The translations under genes and the position numbers were made by a program. The notes under the pieces are model-generated. The model was not told where the DNA came from and did no database searches. It was given only the letters and a program-made list of their open reading frames with translations. A DNA stretch of 62,616 nt, the filler included, from Basidiobolus ranarum (taxonomy: Eukaryota), in assembly GCA_040143965.1 (NCBI GenBank). It is 10 parts of 10 records of this genome, joined end to end, with 100 filler letters (N's around TTAATTAATTAA, not from the genome) between each part and the next. Parts side by side here need not be neighbours in the genome. Positions count along the whole stretch, not along the records: positions 12,572 to 18,753 come from JASJQH010008261.1; positions 18,854 to 25,027 come from JASJQH010008262.1; positions 25,128 to 31,297 come from JASJQH010008263.1; 7 more parts are not named here. One strand, 5' to 3'. Shown here in pieces: positions 14,684 through 25,722 of this stretch (positions within the stretch are counted from its first letter, which is position 1; each line of letters opens with the position of its first letter).

Positions 14684-15166
14684 GTATACTTCAAATATCC
14701 GCTAGATGGTGTTCAAAATTTCCAAACCGACACTATTCATAGGATTGCTCGATATCAATACTGTCGAAGTCAAGACGTTCAGAGATATTATATGAGCATA
14801 CTATGGAAGCATTAACAAAAATACGCTGTCAAGTTACTTGTCCTGGAAACCCGGATTTACAGAAAATGGATCCTATTTAATTGAATTGATAATTAAACTA
14901 CATGTTAGGATATATTCTGATTTTCTTCCCTATCGCATTTCCAATAATAACCAAGTCATGGTAGGTTGAATACAGAATGGGATAAAATAAGTGTGATATG
15001 TACATGTATCAATCCTGGAATCGAGAACGGCAAGTAATTAATACCTACAATGATACTATTCTACCTAGTATTGATAACATTTCAATTACTTCTACATAGA
15101 ATTCAATTCATCGGTTGTTTTAAACTATACCTTTATTCCATTTATTGGTATCTTGAGCGAAAGATA

Positions 15167-15750
15167 CTAACGAGATTTACGTAGGAGACAAGTGAGAATT
15201 ACCCCACCCATAGCGACAGCCACTCCAACAATTCCAATGCCAATAATACCCTCTAGATATTTCACGACGAGACTGAATAGAAGTAGATAAGGTACATATG
15301 CGTCGCATTTCTAGGAACTTACCTTTGGTTACTTGTTTGTCAATAGCTTCACTCAATCTCTGGCCCAGAAGGTTATTGGGTTGAATAGATAATAAAGTTT
15401 GGACGAATTTGCGAGCGTCGCTGTGGTTTCCCTTCTTATAATATCCCATACTTAAATAGTATAAGCATTCAATTCTTCTTGAAGAGTCAGCTTGGTATAC
15501 TTCTCCAAACAGTCGAATTCCTTCGTGTTGCTGTGCTTGATTACGTGATTTAAGAAGACCCCAAGCGTAATTAAATTTCTTATCAACAGATTCTAGATCC
15601 TGTTCATATTGTTTGCGTAGTAACTATAAGATTATAGAAAAGCACAATATTTTAGCAACAGGTGTCAGTAGATTATTTACGATAACCAACATTTAACTCA
15701 GCAGTAGAAAGAGACACTTGAGCATCTAATAAAGTGGGTAATTTGGTCAT
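15167..15750 (-). CDS. FIS1: Mitochondrial fission protein Fis1 (TPR, C-terminal tail anchor)
   Basis: MTKLPTLLDAQVSLSTAELN|LLRKQYEQ...KFNYAWGLLKS...ECLYYLSMGYYK...IDKQVTK|EGIIGIGIVGVAVAMGGVILTCLLRKSR*; introns 15624-15690 and 15253-15322. Confidence 0.95.
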
Positions 15751-16134
15751 CTCTTCACTCTGTGTTCACTATTTTAAAAGGAATTATTTCTTCCTCAAGA
15801 GTTGTGACTTTAAAGGAGTTTGATCCTTCCATAGGATCTTTATCCACACATTTCCATCCCAATAAACGAAAGTCACATTACCCTTCATGCTGCGTCAATT
15901 TTCATCGTATAAATTGTGTTTAGACCACCTGGTTATTTTCATGAATTCACCCGTTTTAAATCTTACATCTTCATATTATCTACGTGATTTGTATTGAATT
16001 CATTCATATCAATATTTGGAATAACCAAACAAATTCAGTTCATCACCAGCTAGAATTTTTACTGTTTTACGATTTGATTCTGATGAAGCTTGGTAAGGCT
16101 ATACTTGCGGCTTCAATAACGCCTACTAACTATG

Positions 16135-16243
16135 ATGATAGTCATTATCATTATACGATATCAGTATATGCCTCCAGTAGTATCCATGAACTGAAAAAAT
16201 ACTCAAAAGAACCACTATGCTAGCACACTAATCGATGAAGTGG
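16135..16243 (-). repeat. Right arm of 109-bp inverted repeat (partner 12572-12680)
   Basis: Direct sequence comparison with the reverse complement of 12572-12680. Confidence 0.95.
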
Positions 16244-16456
16244 TGAGAAATCGAAAAAGCAGTTAATCCATGAGATACATCCTTATTCAGGCTATCCTTT
16301 TTGTCACGAGTAGATCTGTTTATTTTAGTGGTTTGGAGGGTTAAGCCCGGGACTCTATAAAATCATTGATATCTTCTATTGTCGGTATTCTGATGTGAAA
16401 GTGGGTACTTGTTAGTGGACTAGGGTGGCCCTATTGATACGAGCCTAGAAGCTTTT

Positions 16457-17348
16457 CTAAGGACAGACTGGAGCATTCCATTTCCCGGGAAGTGTAGCGA
16501 ACCCTTGGGTCCAGTAGTTTCCAGGCTGGGCCAAGGCTGCTCCCATATGGGTGAAGGTAGGGTTGAGGATGTTGCGGCGGTGAGCTATAACATAGTTTAG
16601 TAAGTAAGAAAGGGGTGTTTGTTAGTGTGGATGTGTGGGTAGTATGGATGTAAGCAAGTAGGTGATGCTTGACTTGATGAGGAGTTGCTCGTGAATAGGC
16701 TTAGGTGAGCTTGTCAAATCCGGGCCCGAATCCGAATCCGAATCGAATCCCACCCCACCCCACCTTACTCTACTCTACTCTACTCTACTCTACCTCTCGA
16801 TTCTACCCCACCTTGTCAAATCAAATCTGGTCCCTAACGAAACAATAGTACTTACGTGGTGAGTTCATCCAGACATTCATAACGACCTCCTCACTCTCCT
16901 GACCACGAGCCACATTCTCTCCATACTGGGTCCATTTCAGGCCATGCTCGTTGATTGCTTTATCCATGGGGGAATGATCATATCTGTCGTGGGTCATCCT
17001 GTTGTACTGGGCCTGCATAAGTGAGTGGCGATGACAGACATCATTCAGTTCACTTCGAAAGAAGAGAATGTTAGTTAACGTACCACAAAGGCTACTTATT
17101 CATACATTTTCTTCATCATATTCATATCCGCACCCACACCCACACTCATTCCTGATCTCACTCTTATTCCCCCTCCCAAATGTGATAACTAAGCTAGCTA
17201 CCTACCTACTAAGCACCAATGGTTGTAAGCCTTGATTTCCTCTCTCTCTGTTTACCAGGCAGACTAGCCGTGCTGGTGAGAAGGCCTGGACATTGGAAAG
17301 CAAAGCCAAGGTGACTGCAGAGACGGTAAGAAGGGATTTGAACAGCAT
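16457..17348 (-). CDS. Secreted CAP/SCP (PR-1 superfamily, YkwD-like) protein
   Basis: Signal peptide MLFKSLLTVSAVTLALLSNVQA, then LVCLVNRERGNQGLQPL, GENVARGQ and WMNSPPHRRNILNPTFTHMG...YWTQGF; introns 17053-17205 and 16585-16855. Confidence 0.9.
16724..16793 (+). repeat. Compound microsatellite (CCGAAT)n, (CCCCA)n, (TACTC)n inside CAP intron 2
   Basis: Visible tandem units ccgaatccgaatccgaat, ccccaccccacccc and tactctactctactctactctactc. Confidence 0.9.
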
Positions 17349-18298
17349 GTTTGTGAATGTATTGAGTCTCGAGGTTTGATTGAGGTTTTTCTAGTCGCAA
17401 ACCATCCGAATATATATATGTTTTTGGACAAAAATACGACAAATAATTACATGTTCTCAGGTTTATATGTATGCTCTCTTTTTAATGAATAAGGTACTAA
17501 TTTTTGTAACATTATGTTATACAATCGACATGTGTAAATATGCGAGTTTCTTTGCAAGCATCCTCAAGAATGGATGATAGATATTTAAAACGTCCTGAAT
17601 CGGCTGAAATGTGTTAAGCATCGAATATTCACCCTATCTATTTTAAGATGCAACAAGAACATGCACCTTTGAGATGACCAACCAGTCGATCGTGTTTACT
17701 CTTCTGCTGGAATATGAGCATATCACTGTGATATACATTGATCGATCGGTCGGTCAGGAGCGGCTAAACACGATCGACACTGTCACCGTACAGTAAATAG
17801 TGAAAAATGTTAGTGATCGTCTTGAAACGATGTATTTAGGTCAGCCTTATACTTGCACACAGTAGATAGCATGATGCTGGCGCCATACAGGGTGATATTA
17901 ATGAAGTGCCGTGCTGGCTCCATTCGGCTTGTTCTCAATTACACTCCATCCATCAATTATGTTTGGTACTCTATCCATTGAGTCCCCAGAAGTAAAACTA
18001 TGCTCAACCATGAGGAGTTTGTTATGGTTACAGCACTTAATACTTTCATCTAGTAGATTGACTACTTTTTAAAACTATATTCGTTGACAGAAACTCAAAC
18101 CAAGTCGGATGCTTTTAGTGTTCCAAACTATATTAAATTGTGCTTCTATAGAATATTAACTGTCAACCAAATTTAGTAGCATATGGCCAAGTTCTTGCCT
18201 TATCCTAAAATATATTGGTGAAGTTGATAAATGATATACTTTAAACCTAAAGGAAGTCACATCTCTGTATTTCTTTTAAACTACCAGCTAGACATCTA

Positions 18299-18753
18299 CA
18301 GTCGGGGTTAGTAATGTTTCGTCCAAAAATTGCAAAAAAAAGCACAATAAACACTCACTTTTCATGTTCAACTTACTCATGAACAACATGGACTAACTTC
18401 CTAGAATTTTTTGTACAAGTTATACATGCTTATTTTTAGAAAATAAAAAAAAATATTCAATTCAACATTTTGTTGCATCGCCCTTGGCGTCTATGACTGC
18501 CTGGCACCTTCTCCCCATACTTGCCACTAATCCCGAAGCAAACTCAATCGTCATGTTTTCCCAAACTTTGGTTATAACTTTCTTCAAGCTTTCAGTATCT
18601 TTAATAGTTGCCTTTAGAGCTCACTCCAAACGTGCTCGATTGGATTCAGATCTGGGCTCTGAGCTGGCCAGTTCTCCAAAATGTCCAAGGAGTTACTGCT
18701 CTTCCACCACTCTGCATAACCACCTGTATGACAAGGCGCGTTGTCTTCCATAG
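18299..18753 (-). mobile_element. Tc1/mariner (IS630-Tc1) transposon 3' end with disrupted transposase
   Basis: Minus strand reads EDNAPCH...WPAQSPDLNPIEHVWSEL* then, after a frameshift, KVWENMT...LVASMGRRCQAVIDAKGDATKC* (stop 18462-18464). Candidate terminus TA|CAGTCGGGG at 18297-18307. Confidence 0.88.
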
Positions 18754-20413
18754 NNNNNNNNNNNNNNNNNNNNNNNNNNNNNNNNNNNNNNNNNNNNTTA
18801 ATTAATTAANNNNNNNNNNNNNNNNNNNNNNNNNNNNNNNNNNNNNNNNNNNNGAGGCAATAGCGACCAGGTTGGTGGTGGATGTGAAAACAGAGATAGT
18901 CATGATAGTGATATGTTAATATTAAGCGACAGGTGCTAATGGTATTAAGTGTGAGGAGCTAACTGTTGAGTGAGAGGTGGTAACATATGTTCGGTGTGAT
19001 TATTGCAGTGATACACAAAATAATTGGAGAGTTTTAGATTTCTCCTGAATACAAGGCTTATAGTAGCGAGTAATTAGTGGAATCTTCTACGTTATACGTT
19101 TGAAGAATCAACTTGTTGTCATCTCTATATCTATGACCTTCATTGATATTGGAATTTCCCGTTGTTTAACATCGTGCTATTTGTGATTATTTAACTTACT
19201 TGTATATCCTCTGTTGTAGCTAGGGTTGGGGATAAGTATTGACTTAGAGATATTTCTACTGTTCAAAATACATCTTCTACATTAAATATCCTGACTATGA
19301 TTTTAAAAATTGACCAATGTAAAAATAATATCTATATTTTATTAAAATAACCAAGTTTCATCTAATAAGTGTTTTTATCATGTCCTTTGCCAATTTTGAT
19401 AATATTCCATAAAACAATTTGAAAATGACTTGTAACATGTCCTATAACATTTTTGCAAATGCGCCTTAGCTCGTCCTATTACACTTTTTACAGTATTGGC
19501 AATAGAATACTTTGCAATATGTATTGTAGTATGCCCTGTAGGGCAGTAAATGAAAAGCAGCAGAGTGTTTATACTCAATTCGACTGCTTCAAGAAAGCAA
19601 GCAATCATAAACAGGAAGGTTTCCAACTGAATTATTGCTTTGAGATGGAAAGACCCTGGCATATTTTGCCACGGGAGATAGGGCATCTGATTGGCATATC
19701 CTAACATATTCAGTTGATTAGTGATGTAAACTTAGCAACAAATATGGGTGTTATGATAAACTGCTCAAGGAAAAGAGTACAACTATTCTTTATATGCAGC
19801 TATAGCTATTGATGATTTTCTATTACATATTAAGTCAACACGATATATCTCTAAAGATATCTTGTTTAAATCCTCAATAAAAGATGAAGTTAATAACTTC
19901 TTTCAAAGAAGAAGTCATTCACATTATCAGCACTTGAATCGATGGAAAGCTCAATATTCTTCTTATCCTATATGAGATCAGAAATGCAGCAATCCCAAAA
20001 GACTTGAAGAAGCATCTGCCACCAGATAATCTTGTTTTCACCCAGAGTACAAATCTGAAAGCATCATTAGCTTCTGAATCCATTAATTTTTATTAGTGGT
20101 TATTCAACTCCGTCAACAATTTTCTTGAAATATTAACAATCTAAGTGGCAGGCAGAGTTCATGTAGGGTAACTTATCAAGGCATTACCATGATATGTATC
20201 TAACTATGATAAACCTGTCAATCTTATCACCAATTTTATGACAAATTCCTGTTTATTAACTCCGGTAAGTTATATGGGAACAGCATAACAGAATGGGAAT
20301 ACACCAAGTAATATCTACATAATCAGATACGAAAAAAGAAATTATGTAGTTTCTGGTTTACCGAAAGCCTACTTGTAATGATCTGAGTGAACCAGGCTAA
20401 TGAATGAACTAGT

Positions 20414-20572
20414 TTGCGCAGCTTCTGCAAAACACATGGGATACAGGAACAGAGTAACACACCCTACTCCCCACAGTAGAATGGAGTGACAAAATGCTCA
20501 AACATGCCCATAATAGAAGTAGCAAGTTCTATGATACATGAAAAACATTTCCACAATTAGCTCTAGGCAAAA
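20414..20572 (+). mobile_element. Degenerate Ty1/copia integrase core fragment
   Basis: LRSFCKTHGIQEQSNTPYSPQ*NGVTKCSNMPIIEVASSMIHEKHFHN*L*AK aligns to the copia pattern FC..GI.....PY.PQQNGVAER.NRTI.E.AR.ML.....LWAE. Confidence 0.75.
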
Positions 20573-22653
20573 TTATGCAGGATTGATGGCTAAAGGAAAC
20601 TCCCAGACACAAGATTGATATAAATAAAGTCAAAATCTCAAAATGGTCAGTTGACCTTGAAGTTTTGATCAAGTGAATGAGAAAAGCTGACAACAAAATG
20701 TATATATTTTCAATAGGATTTAAATATAAAGAATTATTGAGAATGAATTACTTGAAATATTACACTATTTAGAGTCGGTTCCTCTCTTTTTAGGTAATCT
20801 CGATAATTATTCTGGATTCTAACACCGCGAATGCTTATATTTGTTTAAATATTTCAGGCCTGCGGTGTACTTTTATTTAGGGTTTTCTCTATCATAATAT
20901 TAATACCACTCCCATATATATCTCTGCATCTCATTTACTTAAATTGTCATATTACTGATATCCATTCTACCCCAGCTTATTCATCTCGGAGCTCGTGTGG
21001 CGCCATCGAGTAGTTGTGTTTCACTTGAATCAAACAAAAAGGAACCCTATTGAGTAAAATTGCATTAACCTTTATGCTGGAAATATGGAAAGGGACAAAA
21101 ACGGTAAAATCAACTACAGGAGTCGTTGTCTCTCATAGCCATAGAGTATAGCGAATTTCAAGTATTTTCAACAAAAACTACAATTGGTACTAGCCGTTCC
21201 AATTCTACAAACGAATCGGAATCTCGATTTCTGTAGTAGAAAAGGAAGCATTATATTTACAGTTATGATTCACCGAGGGTATGCTTAGGAATAACAGGTA
21301 AGTACTGAATGCATGATACTCATAGTTTCAAATCTTATGCAGCTATTTGGTATTGTAATCGTTGGTTGGCTACTTTCATGGGCGTAGTGAATACTGGTAA
21401 CATCTCGTCCATTAAAGCCAGCGAGATTTAGAACGTAAATTCTGCCCGAAAGTTAGAAAGCAGGCTGTGTCATTCGGCACCTGAGATGTTGGTACAAACG
21501 TGCTTGAAATGCAGTATGAGTTAGTACTTCATGGCTTAATGTTTACTTTATCTATAGATGTAGTAGCACTTGAGAAATATCGATTATTAGAAAAAATATG
21601 TGACGACTCACTTAAAGAGCTTGCTGGGCAGGTCATCATATCCATGCTTTGAACTGATACAAAAAGAACATCTTGGATGGGAATAATATTCTGATTGGCG
21701 AGATATTTCTGAAAGGAAAGTTATGGTGGATCAGACCTGCACTCACTCATAGCTCCGTTTTGTGCAATATGATTTGACAGGTTTGTTCACAGGGAGCTCT
21801 TTACTAATACTGAAGAACACCAATCCATCGTATTAGCGTGCATATTTCTAGATTGCGTAGTGGCAGAAATCACCAATAAAATGATTCCTAAGCTAACCTA
21901 AGCTAGTTGTAAAGCTTTGGGTCAATAGGATTGTATCCTTTAGCCTGAGCTGCTACAAAATAATTGAAACCAGGTTTTGAAAATGGGCATGAAGGGAAGA
22001 TGGATGAATCTGCCATGGTTTTACTCTCCTATCCCTCAACACTTTATCCACCCCAATTCTATTCTGTGGAACATGGCTGCTACAAGTTACGGATTCCTAA
22101 ATGCAGCAACCACCCATACGAAGCCACTGCCGATCAACATAATCAGCCTTTACCCGATGGGCTTGAGCTTTACTGATCTTGGCTTGGACGTCATCGCTAA
22201 GACATTAGGGTTAGGTCCAAAAGCGGTATTGGATGTAATGAAAATCTGCATGACTGAAACACCATTATTGGGAATTCTGACAATTCCACCGTTAATGCTA
22301 AGTTACACTGCTCATGCAGATAAGCTGTGGAACGATTACCAATTGGTCCGAAAACTGAATGTTTTCTTTACCAGTAGTGGTGATTATTGGGACATTGCAA
22401 AAATCATCTTGTCCCTATCTCTAAAGCGGAACTTCATTTAGTATATAACAACGATCTACTGACCATGAATGGCCATAACCTTTGTAACCCCCCTTCCTAA
22501 CCTTAAGCTCCTGTGCAAACAGCAGCCTAAAGATTTGGTAAAATCTAACCTAACGCTCTTGTGTTATCAGCCAACTTAGAGAGATTCAGGAAACCCTAAC
22601 CTTACGTTCCTGTACTAACAGCCCACTTAAAAGCCAAGTAAAATCAAGGAGTC

Positions 22654-25027
22654 ATGCCACGAAAATCTCAGCTTCAGACCCTAGAGGAGTTTTACAACTC
22701 TAAGCGTTTACCAGAAAAGCCATACGGTACTACTATTTCGTATGTGGTAGGCGATGATATAAATCCATCCTACGAAAGTATTAATGTAGAGCGTAATACC
22801 GAAATGTTACGCGATCTTGAACGGCGTTTGTCGAGACTGTCTGCGAAGCAATCTCTAAAATCCAACCCTGTCGATCTTGAAAAGGGCCCCCTACCTGAAG
22901 AAGAGTTCAATTTTCAAGACTATTTGGAGTCGGGTGTGCGTACTTCTGACCAGAATGGTATTCGTAGACATCATATGGGTATAACTTTTAAAAACCTCAC
23001 TATTGTTGGAGAAGGTAGTGATGCAACCAGCATATTAACCCTTATGAGCCCTTTAAAAGCTGTGGGGAGAATGCTTAATCCCTTTGGATGGTAAGTTTTC
23101 TGCTTCACTATTCTCTAGCAATGATAACTCACACTATTCATCGTTACAGGTTCAGAGAGACCAAGAAAGGAACTAAATTCGACATTATTCATAATGTTAC
23201 TGGCTATTGCCCAGAAGGAGAAATGCTATTGGTACTGGGTAGACCAGGTGCAGGATGTTCGAGTTTGTTACGTGTCCTTGCAAATTCTAGACAAGGGTTC
23301 CTTGATATCACTGGTGATGTCAAATTTGGTGGAATCTCTTCGGACAATTTCGGAAAATTCCTTGGTGAAGCCATTTATTGTATGGAAGAAGATGCGCATT
23401 ACCCAGAGTTGACTGTTAAACAGACTTTGGGTTTTGCATTGAAAATGAAAACCCCAGCTCGTCGTTTGCCAGGAATTAGTCGTAAAGATTTCCAGGATGA
23501 ATTCATGAACACTTTATTGAAAATATTTGGTTTGAAAAAGCAAAAAGATACGGTTAGTACCATCTGTAAGGTTTACTTGTATAATCTAATGTCTCCTAAC
23601 ATTGATTTCTATCCTCCAGGTTGTCGGTAACGCATGGATAAGAGGACTTTCCGGTGGAGAGAGAAAACGTATGACAATCTCCGAAGCTATGACTGCTCGT
23701 AGTGCCATAACAACCTGGGATTGTCCAACTAGAGGTCTCGACTCTGCTAGTGCACTTGATTACAACAAGTCTCTTCGTATCCAATGTGATGCTCTCAACA
23801 AAACCACCATCGCTACTCTGTACCAGGCTTCTGATAGTATCTACAACCTTTACGATAAAGTCATGTTGCTTTATCTCGGACGTTGTATCTTTTTCGGACC
23901 AAAAGATCGGGCCAAGGACTATTTCATGGAGATGGGATACACCTGTGAACCAAGAAAGAGTATTCCCGATTTCCTGACTGGTATTACCAATCCTAATGAG
24001 CGTATTATTGCTCCAGGATATGAAGGTAAGGTACCAGAAAGTCCCGAAGAATTTGAAAGATATTTCCTAGAATCGCAAGATTACAGGTCACTACTTCAAA
24101 ACATATCTCGTTACGAAGCTAAGATGGAATGCGAGCAACCCGCAGCCAAATTTAAAAAGTACGTCCAAGAAATCAAGCAGAAGGGTGTTTGCAGCGGCAG
24201 CGTCTACTCGGTTAATTTTTATGAGCAAGTTGTTGCCCTCACCACACGTCAATTCCAGATCTTATGGGGAGATAAGCATGCCCTATACGAACGCTACATA
24301 TCTGTCCTTATTCAAGCCTTCGTTTACGGCTCTGTTTTCTACATGATGGCTTTGAACTCCACTGGTGCCTTCCAAAGAGGGGGTGCACTCTTAGGTTCTC
24401 TCATCTTCAACGCCTTCCTGTCCCAAGCTGAATTACCCAACGTTCTAGCTGGTCGCATGATATTACAAAAGCACAAGTCTTACGCCATGTATCATCCATC
24501 AGCGTTTCATATTGCCCGCGTGGTTACCGATATACCGATCATTCTTCTCCAATGTCTGATGTATACAATTATTACATACTTCATGTTTGGCCTGGATAGA
24601 GATGCCGGAAAGTTCTTCATTTTCCTACTTACTAGCTTTTTGACGACCTTGGCTACGACTGACCTTTTCCGGTAAATAGCATCACACAAATTTCATCATC
24701 GTCCTAATTACGGTGAATTAACGCTATATATTCTATATTTGATTGATAGATTACTCGGTAATTGTAGTCCTTCGATATATGTGGCTTTCAAACTCATCGG
24801 AATTATATTACTTACCTTGATCACCTACTGTGGTTTCTCCATCCCATATACTAAGATGCATCCTTGGGTATGTACAATCTTAACACTACAATGTTTCAAG
24901 ACAATGAATAACACTGGATTAATCTAGTTGTCCTGGATTTATTGGATCAATCCATTTGCCTACGCCTTCAAAGCATTATACATGAATGAAATGCGTGGGC
25001 TCAAGTTTCCATGTGTAGCACCTGTAG
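22654..25027 (+). CDS. PDR/ABCG full-size ABC transporter, N-terminal half (truncated at contig end)
   Basis: PDR-type degenerate Walker [12 protein letters not shown], signature [30 protein letters not shown], then TMD1; introns 23091-23149, 23553-23620, 24672-24749, 24868-24927. Confidence 0.95.
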
Positions 25028-25127
25028 NNNNNNNNNNNNNNNNNNNNNNNNNNNNNNNNNNNNNNNNNNNNTTAATTAATTAANNNNNNNNNNNNNNNNN
25101 NNNNNNNNNNNNNNNNNNNNNNNNNNN

Positions 25128-25722
25128 GTCAAGCAAGATGGTCATTATTTCTTGCCAGTTTTGATTTTGTGATCACATATTGACCAGGCAGCCAGCAAGG
25201 AAAGCCTGATGCCTTATCACTTAGAGCAGAATATCAGCCTAAAGAAGGGGATGAGGCCTTTGGCCAACAAAGTACTTCCTTACTGAAGCCCCACCAACTT
25301 CAAATTAATGCAACTGCCCTTTCTCTGCCTAGTTCAAGCACATTTCATGAAAACATCCGCAAACTTCAATCTGAAGACCCATTGGTAAAGTCAATCAAGA
25401 AAGCCCAGGAAACACCCAAAGACCTCTCAAGCTTGAACCTATACCGCCATTTCTCTATCATGAATGCTGTCTTGTGTTATAAGAAGCGACTTTACATTCC
25501 AGACCACACTTCCAGACTCAAAATCATGCAGGAAAGACAAGACTCACCACTAGCAGGACACTTTGGTGTTGCCAAATCATATATGTTGGTATCCAGGGAT
25601 TATTGGTGGCCCAAATTGTTTGCATTTGTTAAGACTTATGTTTCTACCTGTGATACTTGTGCTTGAGTGAAGACTCCAAGACATCAGCCCTGTGGGCTCC
25701 TACAGCCACTTCCAATTCCTGA
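25128..25722 (+). mobile_element. Ty3/gypsy pol relic (RNase H C-terminus to integrase HHCC zinc finger)
   Basis: QARWSLFLASFDFVITY*PGSQQGKPDALS...DSPLAGHFGVAKSYMLVSRDYWWPKL...VSTCDTCA*VKTPRHQPCGLLQPLPIP. Confidence 0.92.
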
